Positions 34,616-45,539 of a DNA stretch of 64,000 nucleotides are shown one piece after another. Within the stretch, counting starts at the first letter, position 1. Each line of letters opens with the position of its first letter. Both the position numbers and the translations under genes were made by a program. A model generated the notes under the pieces. It worked only from the letters and a program-made list of their open reading frames with translations. It did no database searches and had not been told where the DNA came from. This DNA comes from a virus (Duplodnaviria; Caudoviricetes): IMG/VR virus record IMGVR_UViG_2824317532_000002, positions 24,871-88,870 of that record. The stretch is one strand, 5' to 3'.

Positions 34616-35671
34616 GTGGCTGAGCATCTCCTCGTCAAGCCGGAAAAGCTGATCGCTACGGCGGTCGGCATGCTGGAGCAGGAGCTGGTCGTTCCTTCCC
34701 TGTTCACCAAGCACAGCATCGACCAGTACAAGGGCGCCGACAACGACACCGTGTCCGTGCCGGTCGAGGGCGTGCTGCCGTTCCACGAGTACGCGTGGCG
34801 CAACGACCGGTCGGCTCCGATCGTGTTCGACGAGTACAAGGAGACCAAGGTCGCCACGACCTTCGGTGGCAACGTGTACTCGGCCGTGCAGCTCACGGAC
34901 GAGCAGTACGACATGGACCTGAACGGCTGGGCGAAGCTGCTCAAGCCGCAGGTGAAGGCCGTGGCCCGGGGCCTGTCGCGGCGCGCTGTGGCCCGGCTGA
35001 CCGGTGCGGCGTACAACGTCGTCATCGGTAATGCCGAGCGGAACCTGCGCGGTGCGATCACCGAGGCGCGGCGCGTGCTGAACAAGTTCAACGTGCCGGA
35101 TGGCTCCCGCTACCTGCTCGTCGGTACCGACTTCGAGAGCGCGCTGCTCAATGACGAGAAGCTGAACCTGGCGAGCAACGTTGGCGACAGTGACGCGCAG
35201 TCCGCGCTGCGGTCGGCGAGCCTGGCCCCGCGCATGGGCTTCAACATCGTGGTCTCCCAGGAGATCCCGAGCGACGCCGCGTTCGCGTTCGCGTCGAGCG
35301 CGTTCATCTTCCTCAACGCGGCCCCGGCCGTTCCGCAGTCCGTGCCGTTCGGTGCCACCCAGGGCTTCGAGGGCGTGTCCCTGCGCTGGGTGCGCGACTA
35401 CGACCCGCTCTACATGCGGGACCGGTCGGTCGTGAACACCTACGCCGGCTTCCAGGATGTCAAGGACACCCTGGTCGGCTGGGATGCGGTGCTGGAGAAG
35501 GAGGTCGTGTCGACCTCGCAGCACTTCGTGCGCGGCATCAAGCTCACCCTCGACGGCGCGAGCAACTACCCGCCGGCCGCGAGCGAGCTGGCCACCATCA
35601 CCGGCATCTCCGACGCCTCGGTGTGGACCCCGACCGGCCGCTTCGCTGAGGGCAACGCGGCGAACGCCTGA
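34616..35671 (+). CDS. Major capsid protein
   Basis: Position after scaffold; 351 aa; LRWVRDYD...DRSVVNTYAG. Confidence 0.9.
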   Translation: MAEHLLVKPEKLIATAVGMLEQELVVPSLFTKHSIDQYKGADNDTVSVPVEGVLPFHEYAWRNDRSAPIVFDEYKETKVATTFGGNVYSAVQLTDEQYDMDLNGWAKLLKPQVKAVARGLSRRAVARLTGAAYNVVIGNAERNLRGAITEARRVLNKFNVPDGSRYLLVGTDFESALLNDEKLNLASNVGDSDAQSALRSASLAPRMGFNIVVSQEIPSDAAFAFASSAFIFLNAAPAVPQSVPFGATQGFEGVSLRWVRDYDPLYMRDRSVVNTYAGFQDVKDTLVGWDAVLEKEVVSTSQHFVRGIKLTLDGASNYPPAASELATITGISDASVWTPTGRFAEGNAANA

Positions 35672-35679
35672 TCCATCTG

Positions 35680-35718
35680 AACGGGCAGGGTGTTTAGTCA
35701 TAACCGCCCTGCCCGTTT
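35680..35718 (+). terminator. Hairpin after MCP with the operator motif in its loop
   Basis: AACGGGCAGGGTG-TTTAGTCATAAC-CGCCCTGCCCGTT. Confidence 0.65.
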
Positions 35719-35739
35719 CGAGGCAGTGAGGAGAACCCC

Positions 35740-36216
35740 ATGGATCCCTACGCCACCATGGAAGAACTGGTGGCCCGCCTCGACTGGGAGATGGACGAGG
35801 ACGAGGAGCGCATCGCCGCCTCTGCACTCGAAGATGCTTCCGACGAAGCCCGCCACCACGGCCGGGACTGGGACGCGGAGACCGCTCCTCGCCTGGTGAA
35901 GACGCTCGTCCTCAAGGCGGTCATCCGCTATCTGCGCAACCCTGACGGCTACGTCAGTTCGCGGGCTGGCGACGAGACGCTGACCTGGTCGGACCGCGGC
36001 GCGACCTCGGGCACCCTGCAGTTCACCCGCGACGAGATCGCCCTGCTCAAGGATCTGGCCGGGCGCCGGTCCGGCATCATCTCCGCCCAGGTGTCGGCTT
36101 GGGGTACGAGCCTGCACCGCAATCGCAGGCTCGGCAACTGCGAGCCCCCCGGCTACGTGCCCAGCTCCGAGGGCGCGCATTTCCCGCTGTTCCCGTCCGA
36201 GGCGGACAACTGGTGA
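35740..36216 (+). CDS. Head-to-tail adaptor
   Basis: YATMEEL..RL...ALEDAS...RYLRNPDGY. Confidence 0.85.
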   Translation: MDPYATMEELVARLDWEMDEDEERIAASALEDASDEARHHGRDWDAETAPRLVKTLVLKAVIRYLRNPDGYVSSRAGDETLTWSDRGATSGTLQFTRDEIALLKDLAGRRSGIISAQVSAWGTSLHRNRRLGNCEPPGYVPSSEGAHFPLFPSEADNW

Positions 36217-36551
36217 GCTTCCAGCGACGACGGCACGGGCAGCCCGCGACCGTCTATCAGTCCAGGACGGTCACCGACAGCCGCGGCAACGACGTCAAGA
36301 TCGTCGACCTGGACGCGCCGATCGAGGTGCGCGCGGTGTTCATCCCGCAGCGATCCAGCAAGGCGGAGGTGCCCGGCCAGGCGCAGATCAACGTGTATCG
36401 GATGATCGTGCGCCCCGATCTGCCGGGCGTGGACCTGTGGTCCCGCGTCACCTGGAACGGCCGGGACTGGGATGTGGTCACCCCGCCGTCACACCGGCAC
36501 GGCACCCGCCGAACCCGGCACTGGTCGATCGACATTCGGGAGCGGCCCTGA
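36213..36551 (+). CDS. Head-to-tail stopper
   Basis: Synteny; TDSRGN...WDVVTPP. Confidence 0.8.
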   Translation: MSFQRRRHGQPATVYQSRTVTDSRGNDVKIVDLDAPIEVRAVFIPQRSSKAEVPGQAQINVYRMIVRPDLPGVDLWSRVTWNGRDWDVVTPPSHRHGTRRTRHWSIDIRERP

Positions 36552-36988
36552 TGGCGCACCTGTTCAAGAGGATCAAGGGGATGAAGTGGGAGCGAGCCAT
36601 CGCCGCCCACGTCGACGTGCAGGACGATCTCGGCCGCCGGGCCTTCGCGATGAAGGCGACCGGTGACCGGATTCTGCAGGAGACCCCGTCCGCCAAGCAG
36701 CGGGCCGCGGGCCTGACCACCGAAGGCCACTCGGAAATCCGGGTGGAGATGGGTGACGAGACCGACTGGTATGTAGTGCTGTCCGACGACCGCGGCGACA
36801 AGGCCGCGGCTGCGATCGAGTACGGCCGGGCCGGCTACATCGACCCGGACACGGGTGAACGATACGGCGGCACCGAGGGCCTGAACGTGCTGCACCGGGC
36901 GACCGGCGGCAAGCTCGCGAAGCGCGGCAAGGTCAAGCTTCCGGTCACGCGCAAGCGCCGTAAGCGGCGCGGATGGTTCGTGACCTGA
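36551..36988 (+). CDS. Neck protein (DUF5403-like)
   Basis: DWYVVLSD...AAAIEYGR...GLNVL. Confidence 0.75.
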   Translation: MAHLFKRIKGMKWERAIAAHVDVQDDLGRRAFAMKATGDRILQETPSAKQRAAGLTTEGHSEIRVEMGDETDWYVVLSDDRGDKAAAAIEYGRAGYIDPDTGERYGGTEGLNVLHRATGGKLAKRGKVKLPVTRKRRKRRGWFVT

Positions 36989-37479
36989 TGGCTGGACTTC
37001 CCCCCGCTGTGCGGGCCCTCGTGGAGATGAGCCCGGTTGAGGATTTCGTTCAGGCTGTACTCGCCGAGGCGCTTCCGGGTGTCAACGTGCAGACCCTGAT
37101 TCAGCCGGCCCAGGCGTTCCCGCTGGTTTTGATTCGCCGCTACCCGCAGGTCGGTGACTGGTCCGGCGACACCCGCTTTGTCGATGTCGCGGACATGATC
37201 ATCCACACGTTCGCCGAGGATCCGGACGGCGACGAGGATGCCGCCCTGCTGGCCGAGGCCGTGCGGGTGGTGCTGCGTGACGCCTGGCTGCTCAACCGCA
37301 TCGTTCCCGGTCGCGGCCACCTGGTCCGGTACGAGATGACCTCCGCCCCGCGACGGGCCACCGACTGGGCTACGGCCACCGGGCCGGTGCAATACGCGGA
37401 CCTGCCGTCCGGCGTCTGGCGCTACGAGACCCTCTTCCGGCTCGCGGTTCGCAAGCCGAAGACCAAGCCCTTCTCCTGA
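36988..37479 (+). CDS. Tail terminator
   Basis: DWATATGPVQYADLPSGVWRYE, typical of L5/BD-type terminators. Confidence 0.85.
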   Translation: MAGLPPAVRALVEMSPVEDFVQAVLAEALPGVNVQTLIQPAQAFPLVLIRRYPQVGDWSGDTRFVDVADMIIHTFAEDPDGDEDAALLAEAVRVVLRDAWLLNRIVPGRGHLVRYEMTSAPRRATDWATATGPVQYADLPSGVWRYETLFRLAVRKPKTKPFS

Positions 37480-37545
37480 CCCCTTCCACGTCACCCCGCC
37501 CTATGCCGGCGGGGCTTTCGGCGTGCCCTCGAAAGGACCCCCTCA

Positions 37546-38094
37546 GTGCTGAACGACGCCGCGACCCTCGTCATCGGCTCCGGCAACTACTTCACCGCGC
37601 CGACCGGAACCACCCTGCCGGCCATGCTCACGGCGGTCACCACGCCGTGGGAGAACGTCGGCCACACCAGCCTGGAGGACATCTTCTCGGTGACCTCCGA
37701 GGGCGGCGAGGCCACCACGGTCGGCACGCTGCAGGCCAAGGCCCTGCGGACCACGTACTCCACGCGGACCGAGACCATCGCGATCACCCTGCAGCAGTTC
37801 GACAAGCCCGCGCTCAAGCTCTACTACGGCTCCAACTCGGTCGAGCTGCCCAACGGCCTGATCGGTGTGCCGGAATCCCCGGTGCCGACCACCTGCGCCT
37901 TCCTGGCCGTCTTCATCGACGGCGAGAACGTCTTCGCGATCTACGCACCGAAGGCCGAGATCTACCGCAACGACGACCTGGCGGCCTCGGACACCGAGAG
38001 CCTCGCCGGTTTGCCGCTGGGGGTCAAGCCTCTGGCGCACTCCACCAACGAGTGGACGTACGCGGTCACTCCGCTGGATGCCGTCGAGCCCTGA
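37546..38094 (+). CDS. Major tail protein
   Basis: WENVGHTSLEDIF...EGGEAT..GTLQ...LQQFD...LKLYYG. Confidence 0.9.
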   Translation: MLNDAATLVIGSGNYFTAPTGTTLPAMLTAVTTPWENVGHTSLEDIFSVTSEGGEATTVGTLQAKALRTTYSTRTETIAITLQQFDKPALKLYYGSNSVELPNGLIGVPESPVPTTCAFLAVFIDGENVFAIYAPKAEIYRNDDLAASDTESLAGLPLGVKPLAHSTNEWTYAVTPLDAVEP

Positions 38095-38197
38095 TCCCTC
38101 GAACCCCCGAGCGCGTGAGCTGCGGACCCTCACGCGCTCGGGTTTCCACCTGGTCCGCGCCCCGTCTTCATCCCTTTCACCCGGAGGTCCGCACCCC

Positions 38198-38539
38198 GTG
38201 TCCACGTTCACGCTCGACTCCATCCGCGAAGCCGCCGAAGCCAAGTACGGCTCGACCGATATCGAACTCCCGAACGGCTCGGAGGTTCGGCTGGTCAACG
38301 TCCTCAAGCTCAAGAAGGACAAGCGCGCTGCCCTGATCGCCCTGCAGGACGGCATGCGTGAGGACGGCGCCGACCAGGAGGAGATGATCAACGAAGCGTT
38401 CCGGCTCGTCGCCGCCACGCCGGCCCAGGCCGAGGCGCTCATCGAGGCGATCGAGGGCGATCTGACCGTGGCCGCCGAGCTGTTCCAGCGCTACGTCAAG
38501 GGCACTCAGGTGGGGGAAGCCTCGGGCTCGCAGGGCTGA
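38198..38539 (+). CDS. Tail assembly chaperone (G)
   Basis: FTLDSIREAAEAKYG; GGGGGAA slippery site at 38512-38518. Confidence 0.85.
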   Translation: MSTFTLDSIREAAEAKYGSTDIELPNGSEVRLVNVLKLKKDKRAALIALQDGMREDGADQEEMINEAFRLVAATPAQAEALIEAIEGDLTVAAELFQRYVKGTQVGEASGSQG

Positions 38540-38904
38540 TCGACCAATACGGCGAGGGGGTCTACCGGGACCTGCGTCTCTTCTACGGGATCGACCTGAT
38601 CTCCGTAATCAACGGAGACGGTCCCGCCCCCTCGCTCGTGGTCGCGCTCGTGACGGGCCTACCCGACACCTCCTATACCGCGGCCCTCGCGTCGGGCGGT
38701 CGCGAGTTCCTCGGCTGGGGAATGGACCGCCAGTTGCTCGCCGGGTTGTACGACGCACTCAACGTGAACACCCGGGCGACCGGCCAATGGCGCAAGAGGC
38801 CGCCGGAGTTGCCGGCGTGGCCGCGCCCGAAGTCGGCCACCAAGCCCGAGCGCAAGAAGCCGGTCACGGTGGCCTCCCTCTACTCCCAAATGCAGCGGAG
38901 GTAG
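38198..38904 (+). CDS. Tail assembly chaperone (GT), -1 frameshift product
   Basis: -1 frame from 38515 reads GSLGLAGLIDQYGEGVYRDLRLFYGIDL... open to 38904. Confidence 0.8.
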
Positions 38905-38907
38905 CCC

Positions 38908-41900
38908 ATGCCCAGCGGCGAACTGATTGGCCGCCTCAAGGTCAAGATCCTGCCCGATACCTCGGAGTTCAAGGCCAGGGCGCAACGCCAGCTCAACAAC
39001 ATCGAGGACGACCTCGATGACATGGAAGTCACGATCCATGCCCGTGTCGATGACGAAGGCGTGGAGAAGGACGCCGAGGCGGCGGAGCGCAAGGCCCAGA
39101 ACGCGGTCGACGGCATCACGATCAAGGTCGACCTCGACAGCGAAGACTCGATTCGTCAGGCCATGAAGCGCCTCGACAATGAGATGAAGAAGGTCACCGC
39201 GGACTTCGAGCTGCCGGTCACGCTCGACGAGCAGGGCATCAAGGACGCGCAGAAAGTCCTGCAAGAGAAGCTGCAGGTGCATATCGAGGCGGACAACGCC
39301 GAGTACGCGCAGCTCAAGGAGCGCATCCAGGACTACCTGTCGGGGATCAAGATCCGCCCGGACCTGGACGAGGGCGCCAAGGACCGGGCGTTTCGCGAGA
39401 TCGAAACGCTGATGCTGCGCGTCGACAAGATCCGCGCCACGATCACCCCGAGCGTGGACGACCGGGCGCGCGACCAGGCGGAGCGTGAGATCAAGGACCT
39501 TGAGGACAAGGTCAAGAAGATCAGGGCCACGATCGAGCCGGAACTGCAGGACAGCGCCCCGGCCATTGCCAGGCTCGCCGCTCTCACCCGGGACCGGTTC
39601 GTCAAGATCATCCCCGAGGTCAGTGAGGCCGCGGCCGCAAAGGTCAGCGCCACCCTGGCCGCACTGTCCGGGGCCCGCGCCGTGACCGACATGTTCAACG
39701 AGCTGTGGACCTCGATCAGCAACCTTGACAAGGCGGCCCCGAAGATCGCCGCCCTGTCGCTGGCCGTCGCTGGCCTGGGCGCTTCCGGCATCGCCTCGGT
39801 GTCGAACATGGCCGCCCTGGCGGCGAGCCTGGCGCAGATCGGTGCGGTCGCGCTGACACTGCCCGGCACGATCGGTGCGTTCGCGATCGGCCTCGGAACC
39901 ACGTACGCCGCGCTCAAGGACTTCAACAAGGTCGTCCCCGACGCGAAGGCCCACCTGTCCGAGCTGCAGGACGTGATCAGCGGCAATTTCTGGGAGAAGG
40001 CGAAGGCCCCCTTCCAGGAGCTGGTCGACGGCCTGCTTCCACAGTTCTCGGCCGGGGTCTCCGAGACGGCAACCGCCCTCGGCGGATTCTTCGGCAGCCT
40101 CGCGACCAGCCTGAACGGCACGTTCGACGGCGCTCTGACCGGCATGTTCACCGACTTGAACGAGTCGATTGCCACCGCGAGCACGTCGACTGACGCCATC
40201 GCCCAGACGATGCTGGTGCTCGGGGAGATCGGCGCGTCCTACCTGCCTCAGCTCGCCGGTTGGTTCGTCAACCTGGCCAACGCAGCCGCGGTCTGGCTGA
40301 CCGTCGCCCAGCAGGACGGCAGCCTCAAGGGCTGGGTCGACAACGGCATTCAGGCGCTCGCGGACCTTTGGTCGTCGCTGGTGTCGGTCGTGTCGATCCT
40401 CAACTCGATCGCCACGGCAGCGCAGAATGCCGGCGGCTCCGGTCTCTCCCAGCTCGCGGACGGGCTGTCCAGCATTGCCGATGCCGCGGCAAGCCCTGCA
40501 TTCCAGGGCGGCCTGACCGAGGTGTTCGCGTCGGCGCACCAGGCCATGGACCTGATTGCCACCCGCTCCGGGCCGGCGGTCAAGGGTCTGTTCGCCTCAC
40601 TCGGCGACACGGTCTCCACGGTCCTGCCGATCGTGGGCGCATCCATCGGCACCCTGCTCAACGGGTTGGCCAACGGCCTTTCCTCAGGTGCCGCGCAGAC
40701 CGGGACCGTTCAGTTCTTCAACGGCATCGCGAATGCGGTCACTGCCCTGGAGCCAGCCCTCACCCCGCTGGGCACGGCGTTCGGCATGCTGATGGGCACC
40801 CTCGGGACGTTCATCGGTGCGGTCGGCGACCCGCTGTCCATCCTGCTGGGCACGATGGCGTCGGCGTTCATGGCGCTGGCCCCGGCGATAAACCCGCTGA
40901 TCGCGGTTCTCGGCGCCGGGCTGAGCGCGGCCATGTCCGCGTTGGCGCCGGTCATCATGCAGGTCGTCACCGCGTTCAGCCAGATGGTCTCGGGTGGGCT
41001 GATCACCACCCTGCAGACGGTGTTCACGTCATTGACGCCCGTCATCGGCACTGTCGGGCAGGTGTTCGGCACCATCCTGGTAGCCGCGCTGCAGGCCATC
41101 GCCCCGCTACTGCCGATCATCGCCAACCTGTTCGCCACGATGGCACCGATCATCGCGAACCTGATGACCAGTCTCGCCCCGCTGGTGACGCAGATCCTGG
41201 CCGCCCTCGGCCCGGCGCTGGTGACCGTCATGACGGCGCTCACCCCCGTGGTGGCGCTGGTCTTGCAGATCGCCACCGCCGTTCTCGGGCCGATCCTGCA
41301 GGCTGTGGGTCAGGTCGCCGCCGAGGCACTGCCTCACCTGGCGTCCGCCCTTTCCGGACTGTTCGCCGCCATCCAGCCGGTCCTGCAGGCACTGCTTGTC
41401 GTGGTCGACGTGCTCATGGTGGTGCTCGCGCCCGCGATCGGCTTCGTCGCATCAGTGCTGATCAACTCCCTGATCGGCGCGATCAACGGCGTCAAGGACG
41501 TGTTCGAGGGCGCGGTCATGTTCCTGACCGGCATGTGGGACATGTTCGCCGGGTTCTTCACCGGCGACTGGGATCGCATGTGGTCCGGCATTAAGGCCCA
41601 ATTCGAGGGCATCTGGAACCTGATCGTCGGCGCGTTCGGGATCTTCATGAACATCGGAATCCTGGGCGTGGCCGGCAAGGTCCTCAACTCGATCAAGGCG
41701 GCCTTCAAGGTCGGCTTTGAGGCGGTCGAGGGTGCGGTCAAGGCGATCTTGAACTCGCTGCGCACCGGCTTCGACGACACCATGAACGGGTTGCTCAACG
41801 GCGGCAGGTCGCGGCTCACCTCGATCAGGACCGCATTCAGTGACGCCTGGACTGCGATCAAGACCGCCTGCACGGAGGCATTCGACAAGCTCAGGACCGC

Positions 41901-42438
41901 CTTCACCGAAGGGGTCGACAGCGCTCGTGACGAGGTCGGCAAGCTTCCGAACAAGATCACGTCGGCGCTGTCCGGACTCGCCACTCTGCTGGTCGGTGCA
42001 GGTCGTGACGTGATCTCCGGGTTCCTCCAGGGCTTGAAGGACACGTGGGGCAGCGTCGAGAGCTGGTTCGCCGCCAAGACCGCCCAGATCAAGGACCTCA
42101 AGGGCCCCGAGTCTGTCGACAAGGTGCTGCTCTACGACGCCGGCCAGCTCGTCATGGGCGGCTTCCTCAAGGGCCTGGAGTCCGGATACGACGACGTTCG
42201 CAAGAGCCTCAAGGGGTTCACCGCGGAGGTCGGCGGCACCCAGTTCCTGCCCCCCACGGTCGGCGACATGTCGGCCAGCTCCTCCATGGCGCTGATGCGG
42301 GCGGCCAGCGCATCGGGCGGCGATGCGTCCGTGGCGACCCAGCGGATTCTCAACTACTACGCAGCGCCCGGCAGCTCGATCTCCGCGGAGGACGACCTGT
42401 TCGCTGCGGCTAACCGAGCAAGGATGGCTAGCTGGTAA
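38908..42438 (+). CDS. Tape measure protein
   Basis: 1176 aa, Ala/Leu-rich helical repeats, after the chaperones. Confidence 0.93.
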   Translation: MPSGELIGRLKVKILPDTSEFKARAQRQLNNIEDDLDDMEVTIHARVDDEGVEKDAEAAERKAQNAVDGITIKVDLDSEDSIRQAMKRLDNEMKKVTADFELPVTLDEQGIKDAQKVLQEKLQVHIEADNAEYAQLKERIQDYLSGIKIRPDLDEGAKDRAFREIETLMLRVDKIRATITPSVDDRARDQAEREIKDLEDKVKKIRATIEPELQDSAPAIARLAALTRDRFVKIIPEVSEAAAAKVSATLAALSGARAVTDMFNELWTSISNLDKAAPKIAALSLAVAGLGASGIASVSNMAALAASLAQIGAVALTLPGTIGAFAIGLGTTYAALKDFNKVVPDAKAHLSELQDVISGNFWEKAKAPFQELVDGLLPQFSAGVSETATALGGFFGSLATSLNGTFDGALTGMFTDLNESIATASTSTDAIAQTMLVLGEIGASYLPQLAGWFVNLANAAAVWLTVAQQDGSLKGWVDNGIQALADLWSSLVSVVSILNSIATAAQNAGGSGLSQLADGLSSIADAAASPAFQGGLTEVFASAHQAMDLIATRSGPAVKGLFASLGDTVSTVLPIVGASIGTLLNGLANGLSSGAAQTGTVQFFNGIANAVTALEPALTPLGTAFGMLMGTLGTFIGAVGDPLSILLGTMASAFMALAPAINPLIAVLGAGLSAAMSALAPVIMQVVTAFSQMVSGGLITTLQTVFTSLTPVIGTVGQVFGTILVAALQAIAPLLPIIANLFATMAPIIANLMTSLAPLVTQILAALGPALVTVMTALTPVVALVLQIATAVLGPILQAVGQVAAEALPHLASALSGLFAAIQPVLQALLVVVDVLMVVLAPAIGFVASVLINSLIGAINGVKDVFEGAVMFLTGMWDMFAGFFTGDWDRMWSGIKAQFEGIWNLIVGAFGIFMNIGILGVAGKVLNSIKAAFKVGFEAVEGAVKAILNSLRTGFDDTMNGLLNGGRSRLTSIRTAFSDAWTAIKTACTEAFDKLRTAFTEGVDSARDEVGKLPNKITSALSGLATLLVGAGRDVISGFLQGLKDTWGSVESWFAAKTAQIKDLKGPESVDKVLLYDAGQLVMGGFLKGLESGYDDVRKSLKGFTAEVGGTQFLPPTVGDMSASSSMALMRAASASGGDASVATQRILNYYAAPGSSISAEDDLFAAANRARMASW

Positions 42439-43292
42439 TGCGACTGCAGTTGGTGTCTTCCAACGACATCATCTGGCTCGACGAGGTCAGTCGCTTCGGT
42501 GTTGGCGTAGAAGCCACTGTCGGAGTGACTGGCCTCGGTATGCCAGAGGTGTCTCTCAACTGGGTCGAGTCGGCGGGCGACGGTGCCGTTTTCCGTAACG
42601 AGCGCAAGCGCCCGCGTGACATCGACATCCCTCTACACATCGTCGGTTCGAGCCGCAACGACCTCAAATGGTGGATGGATCGGCTCGCCCTGATGGTGTC
42701 CGGACCGTTCGCACTGCAGTGGGTCGAGGACAACGGCACGTACTGGACTCTCAACGCGTACCGCACGGGCGGCATGGGCTACACCTATGGCGTCGACACC
42801 CGGGGCAGCCGTGACCTGAACACCGTGCTCACGGTGCGGGCCGGCGACCCGTACTGGACCTATTCGCAGTCGTCGCGCGAGGTAGTGACGGCCGCGACGC
42901 CGCGCGGCAACTTCGTCACCAAGTTCCACAAAATCCGCGTCGCCTCGTCGCAGGCGATGGGTGGGATGATCCTACGCAACCCGGGCACCGCGAAGGCGTA
43001 CCCGCAGTGGGATGTCACCGGCCCCGCACAGAACATCCGCCTGATCTCCAGCACGGGCGAGCGCCTGCAGTGGACCGGGTCGCTGACCGCCGGGCAGACC
43101 CTGCGTATCAACACGCAGACCGGCGCGGTGACCGACCATACCGGCGCCAACCGTTACGCCGATCTCGCAAGCGCTCCCCGCATGTGGACCATCCCGCCCG
43201 GCGTCATCACGGCGGTCGCAGCCATGGACGGCGCGGCGTCGACCAGTTCGATCGCCTGCACCTGGCGTCCCCGATCCCTCCTGGTGGTGTGA
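42438..43292 (+). CDS. Distal tail protein
   Basis: GLGMPEV...RDIDIPLHI...AGDPYW...NPGTAKAYPQW. Confidence 0.85.
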   Translation: MRLQLVSSNDIIWLDEVSRFGVGVEATVGVTGLGMPEVSLNWVESAGDGAVFRNERKRPRDIDIPLHIVGSSRNDLKWWMDRLALMVSGPFALQWVEDNGTYWTLNAYRTGGMGYTYGVDTRGSRDLNTVLTVRAGDPYWTYSQSSREVVTAATPRGNFVTKFHKIRVASSQAMGGMILRNPGTAKAYPQWDVTGPAQNIRLISSTGERLQWTGSLTAGQTLRINTQTGAVTDHTGANRYADLASAPRMWTIPPGVITAVAAMDGAASTSSIACTWRPRSLLVV

Positions 43293-45539
43293 ATGCGACT
43301 CGAAGACATCACCGTCGAGGTGAGGGACAAGACCCTGGCACGGGTCGGCCTGATCCGGCCCGAGGATCTACAGCTCGAACTGACCGACCTGCACAACGGG
43401 GTCGGTAGCTGGACACTTCGCCTGCCGGCCGGGCACCGCCTCGTCTCCGCGTTGCGCGCACCGGGATCCGGCATCATCGTCACCGGCCCGGACGGGCAGA
43501 CCTTGCTGTCCGGGCCGATGGTGTCGCCCATGTCGTCGGCCACCGCAGACGACCCCCGCGGCACGATGACGTTCGAGGGCGTCGACGACACAGTTCTACT
43601 GGTCGACGCCCTCGCCTACCCGGATCCGACCGGAGGGCCGCTCTCCAAGGAGGCCGCGTACGACACGCGAACCGGTGTAGCCGAAACCCTGATGCACGGC
43701 TTCGTCCGCGACAACATCGGACCCGGCGCACTGGCCGGCCGACGCGTCGGCCTCAACGCCTACGTCACCATGGGCGCGAATCTCAGTCGCGGGCCGACGA
43801 TCACCAAGAGCGCACGGTTCACGTCCCTCGCGACGGTCCTGTCCGAGATCGCGGGCCCCGCGCGACTCGGGTTCCGAATCGTGCAGCGCGGGTCGAGCCT
43901 GGTGTTCGAGACCTACCAGATCACCGACCGCACATCGACGATCCGCCTCGACATCCTCAACAACACGCTGTCCGGGCACAAGGTGGCCGTCGCCGCCCCG
44001 GGCGTCACTCGCGTGCTCGTTGGCGGCCAGGACGAAGGCGTCTACCGCAAGTTCGTGTACGAGACGAACACCGACGCAACCACCGCCGAGTCGATGTGGG
44101 GCCGGCAGATCCAGCAGTTCATCAGCCAGAACACCGGCGACACCAGCGAACTCAGCGACGCCGCGGAAGAGGCGCTGGCTGAGGACGGCTTCACCGGCGT
44201 CGCGGTTCAGGCGGTGCCGATGGAGGACTCCCTGATGAGGTTTGGCAAGGAGTTCAACCTTGGCGATGCGGTGTCGGTGGTGGTCGACGACCAGGAGCTG
44301 ATCAGTACCGTCACCGGCTACGTGGTCAAGGCCGACCAGGACGGCTTCCGCCTAGGCATGATGCTCGGCGACACCACCGGCTTCGATGTCGCCGCCGCGT
44401 ACGGCAAGGCGATCGGATCGCAGGCTGCCCGCATCGCCAAGCTGGAAACCACCGCAGAGGCAACCACGTCCGGCACCCGGGCGTTGGCCGCGTCGGCGGT
44501 TTCGCTCGCCGTGACACGCGACGCGTTCCCCAGCGGGGACTCCGAGGTCTACCTGACACCCGCAGCGGTCACCGCCGGAAGCTGGCCATGGACCGGCCAG
44601 TGGGGGAGCCTGCATACCTACCGCCACGGTAGCGGCTCCGAAGTCTGGCAGACGTATCGACGGATCGCCGACAACTGGACCGAACCGCAACAGTGGATCC
44701 GCCACGCGAACAGCGCCGGCTACTCCCGATGGCGGCAGCTCGGCCTGGACCTGCACGCCTCGATCGGCGGGCACTCCGCGGCGGGCCTGCAGAGCGGCGG
44801 CACCCGAACCGCAACCATCGTCGGCGCCGCAGTCAGCATCGCCTGGTCAGACCGGTTCGTGATGACCGGCCTCGGCCAGGGCGCGGACACGTTCACGGCC
44901 GGCTACTTCAACATTGCGATGCCCGTCAACGGTGCAGTGATCAAGAGCGTCACCACGGGCGTTGCTGACGTGACGGTTTCCAGCGGCGCAATCCCGCTGC
45001 CCGCATGGGCGACACTCTGGTACATCCCTCCGGTCGGGGCTGCGGAGACCTCGCTCGATGCCAACTTCCGGATCTCCGTGCACGGTGGCGCGACGGAGGC
45101 GATCCCTTCCCACTGGGTGTTGGTCGCCGCATGCCGCGGTGAACCGACCACCGGATCCGCGGTGCGCTGGGGCGACGGGCAGACCACCGACGCGTGGCGC
45201 GCGTTCACGTTCGAGAGTGGCTGGAAGGCGTTCGGGGACACGAGCCCTGTGGCGTGGACCGTACGCAACGGCGTGCTGTATTGCCGTGGCCTGATCGGGC
45301 GCACCCTGAGCGACCTGTCTGCGGCGGCGGGGACCGGCTACCCGCTGACGGCGGCCCTGCCTACCTGGGCCCGACCTGCACAGTTCGCCGGCAACTGGGC
45401 CGTCCCATGCAACAACCAGTTCGGCGAGATCTACATCGGCTCGGACGCCAAGCTTTACCTGCGGCTCAAGGCTGCCGCCACATTGACATCCAACACCTGG
45501 TGGGCATCGCTGTCCAACGTCACCTGGCCTCTCGGCTGA
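43293..45539 (+). CDS. Baseplate hub/minor tail protein (Gp37-like) with long C-terminal extension
   Basis: HNGVGSWTLRLP...FGKEFNLGDAVSV; about 360 extra aa, Trp/Gly-rich. Confidence 0.8.
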   Translation: MRLEDITVEVRDKTLARVGLIRPEDLQLELTDLHNGVGSWTLRLPAGHRLVSALRAPGSGIIVTGPDGQTLLSGPMVSPMSSATADDPRGTMTFEGVDDTVLLVDALAYPDPTGGPLSKEAAYDTRTGVAETLMHGFVRDNIGPGALAGRRVGLNAYVTMGANLSRGPTITKSARFTSLATVLSEIAGPARLGFRIVQRGSSLVFETYQITDRTSTIRLDILNNTLSGHKVAVAAPGVTRVLVGGQDEGVYRKFVYETNTDATTAESMWGRQIQQFISQNTGDTSELSDAAEEALAEDGFTGVAVQAVPMEDSLMRFGKEFNLGDAVSVVVDDQELISTVTGYVVKADQDGFRLGMMLGDTTGFDVAAAYGKAIGSQAARIAKLETTAEATTSGTRALAASAVSLAVTRDAFPSGDSEVYLTPAAVTAGSWPWTGQWGSLHTYRHGSGSEVWQTYRRIADNWTEPQQWIRHANSAGYSRWRQLGLDLHASIGGHSAAGLQSGGTRTATIVGAAVSIAWSDRFVMTGLGQGADTFTAGYFNIAMPVNGAVIKSVTTGVADVTVSSGAIPLPAWATLWYIPPVGAAETSLDANFRISVHGGATEAIPSHWVLVAACRGEPTTGSAVRWGDGQTTDAWRAFTFESGWKAFGDTSPVAWTVRNGVLYCRGLIGRTLSDLSAAAGTGYPLTAALPTWARPAQFAGNWAVPCNNQFGEIYIGSDAKLYLRLKAAATLTSNTWWASLSNVTWPLG

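Noticed and set aside
38512-38518. Frameshift as a novelty or a sequencing error
   Set aside because: Canonical programmed -1 frameshift of tail assembly chaperones
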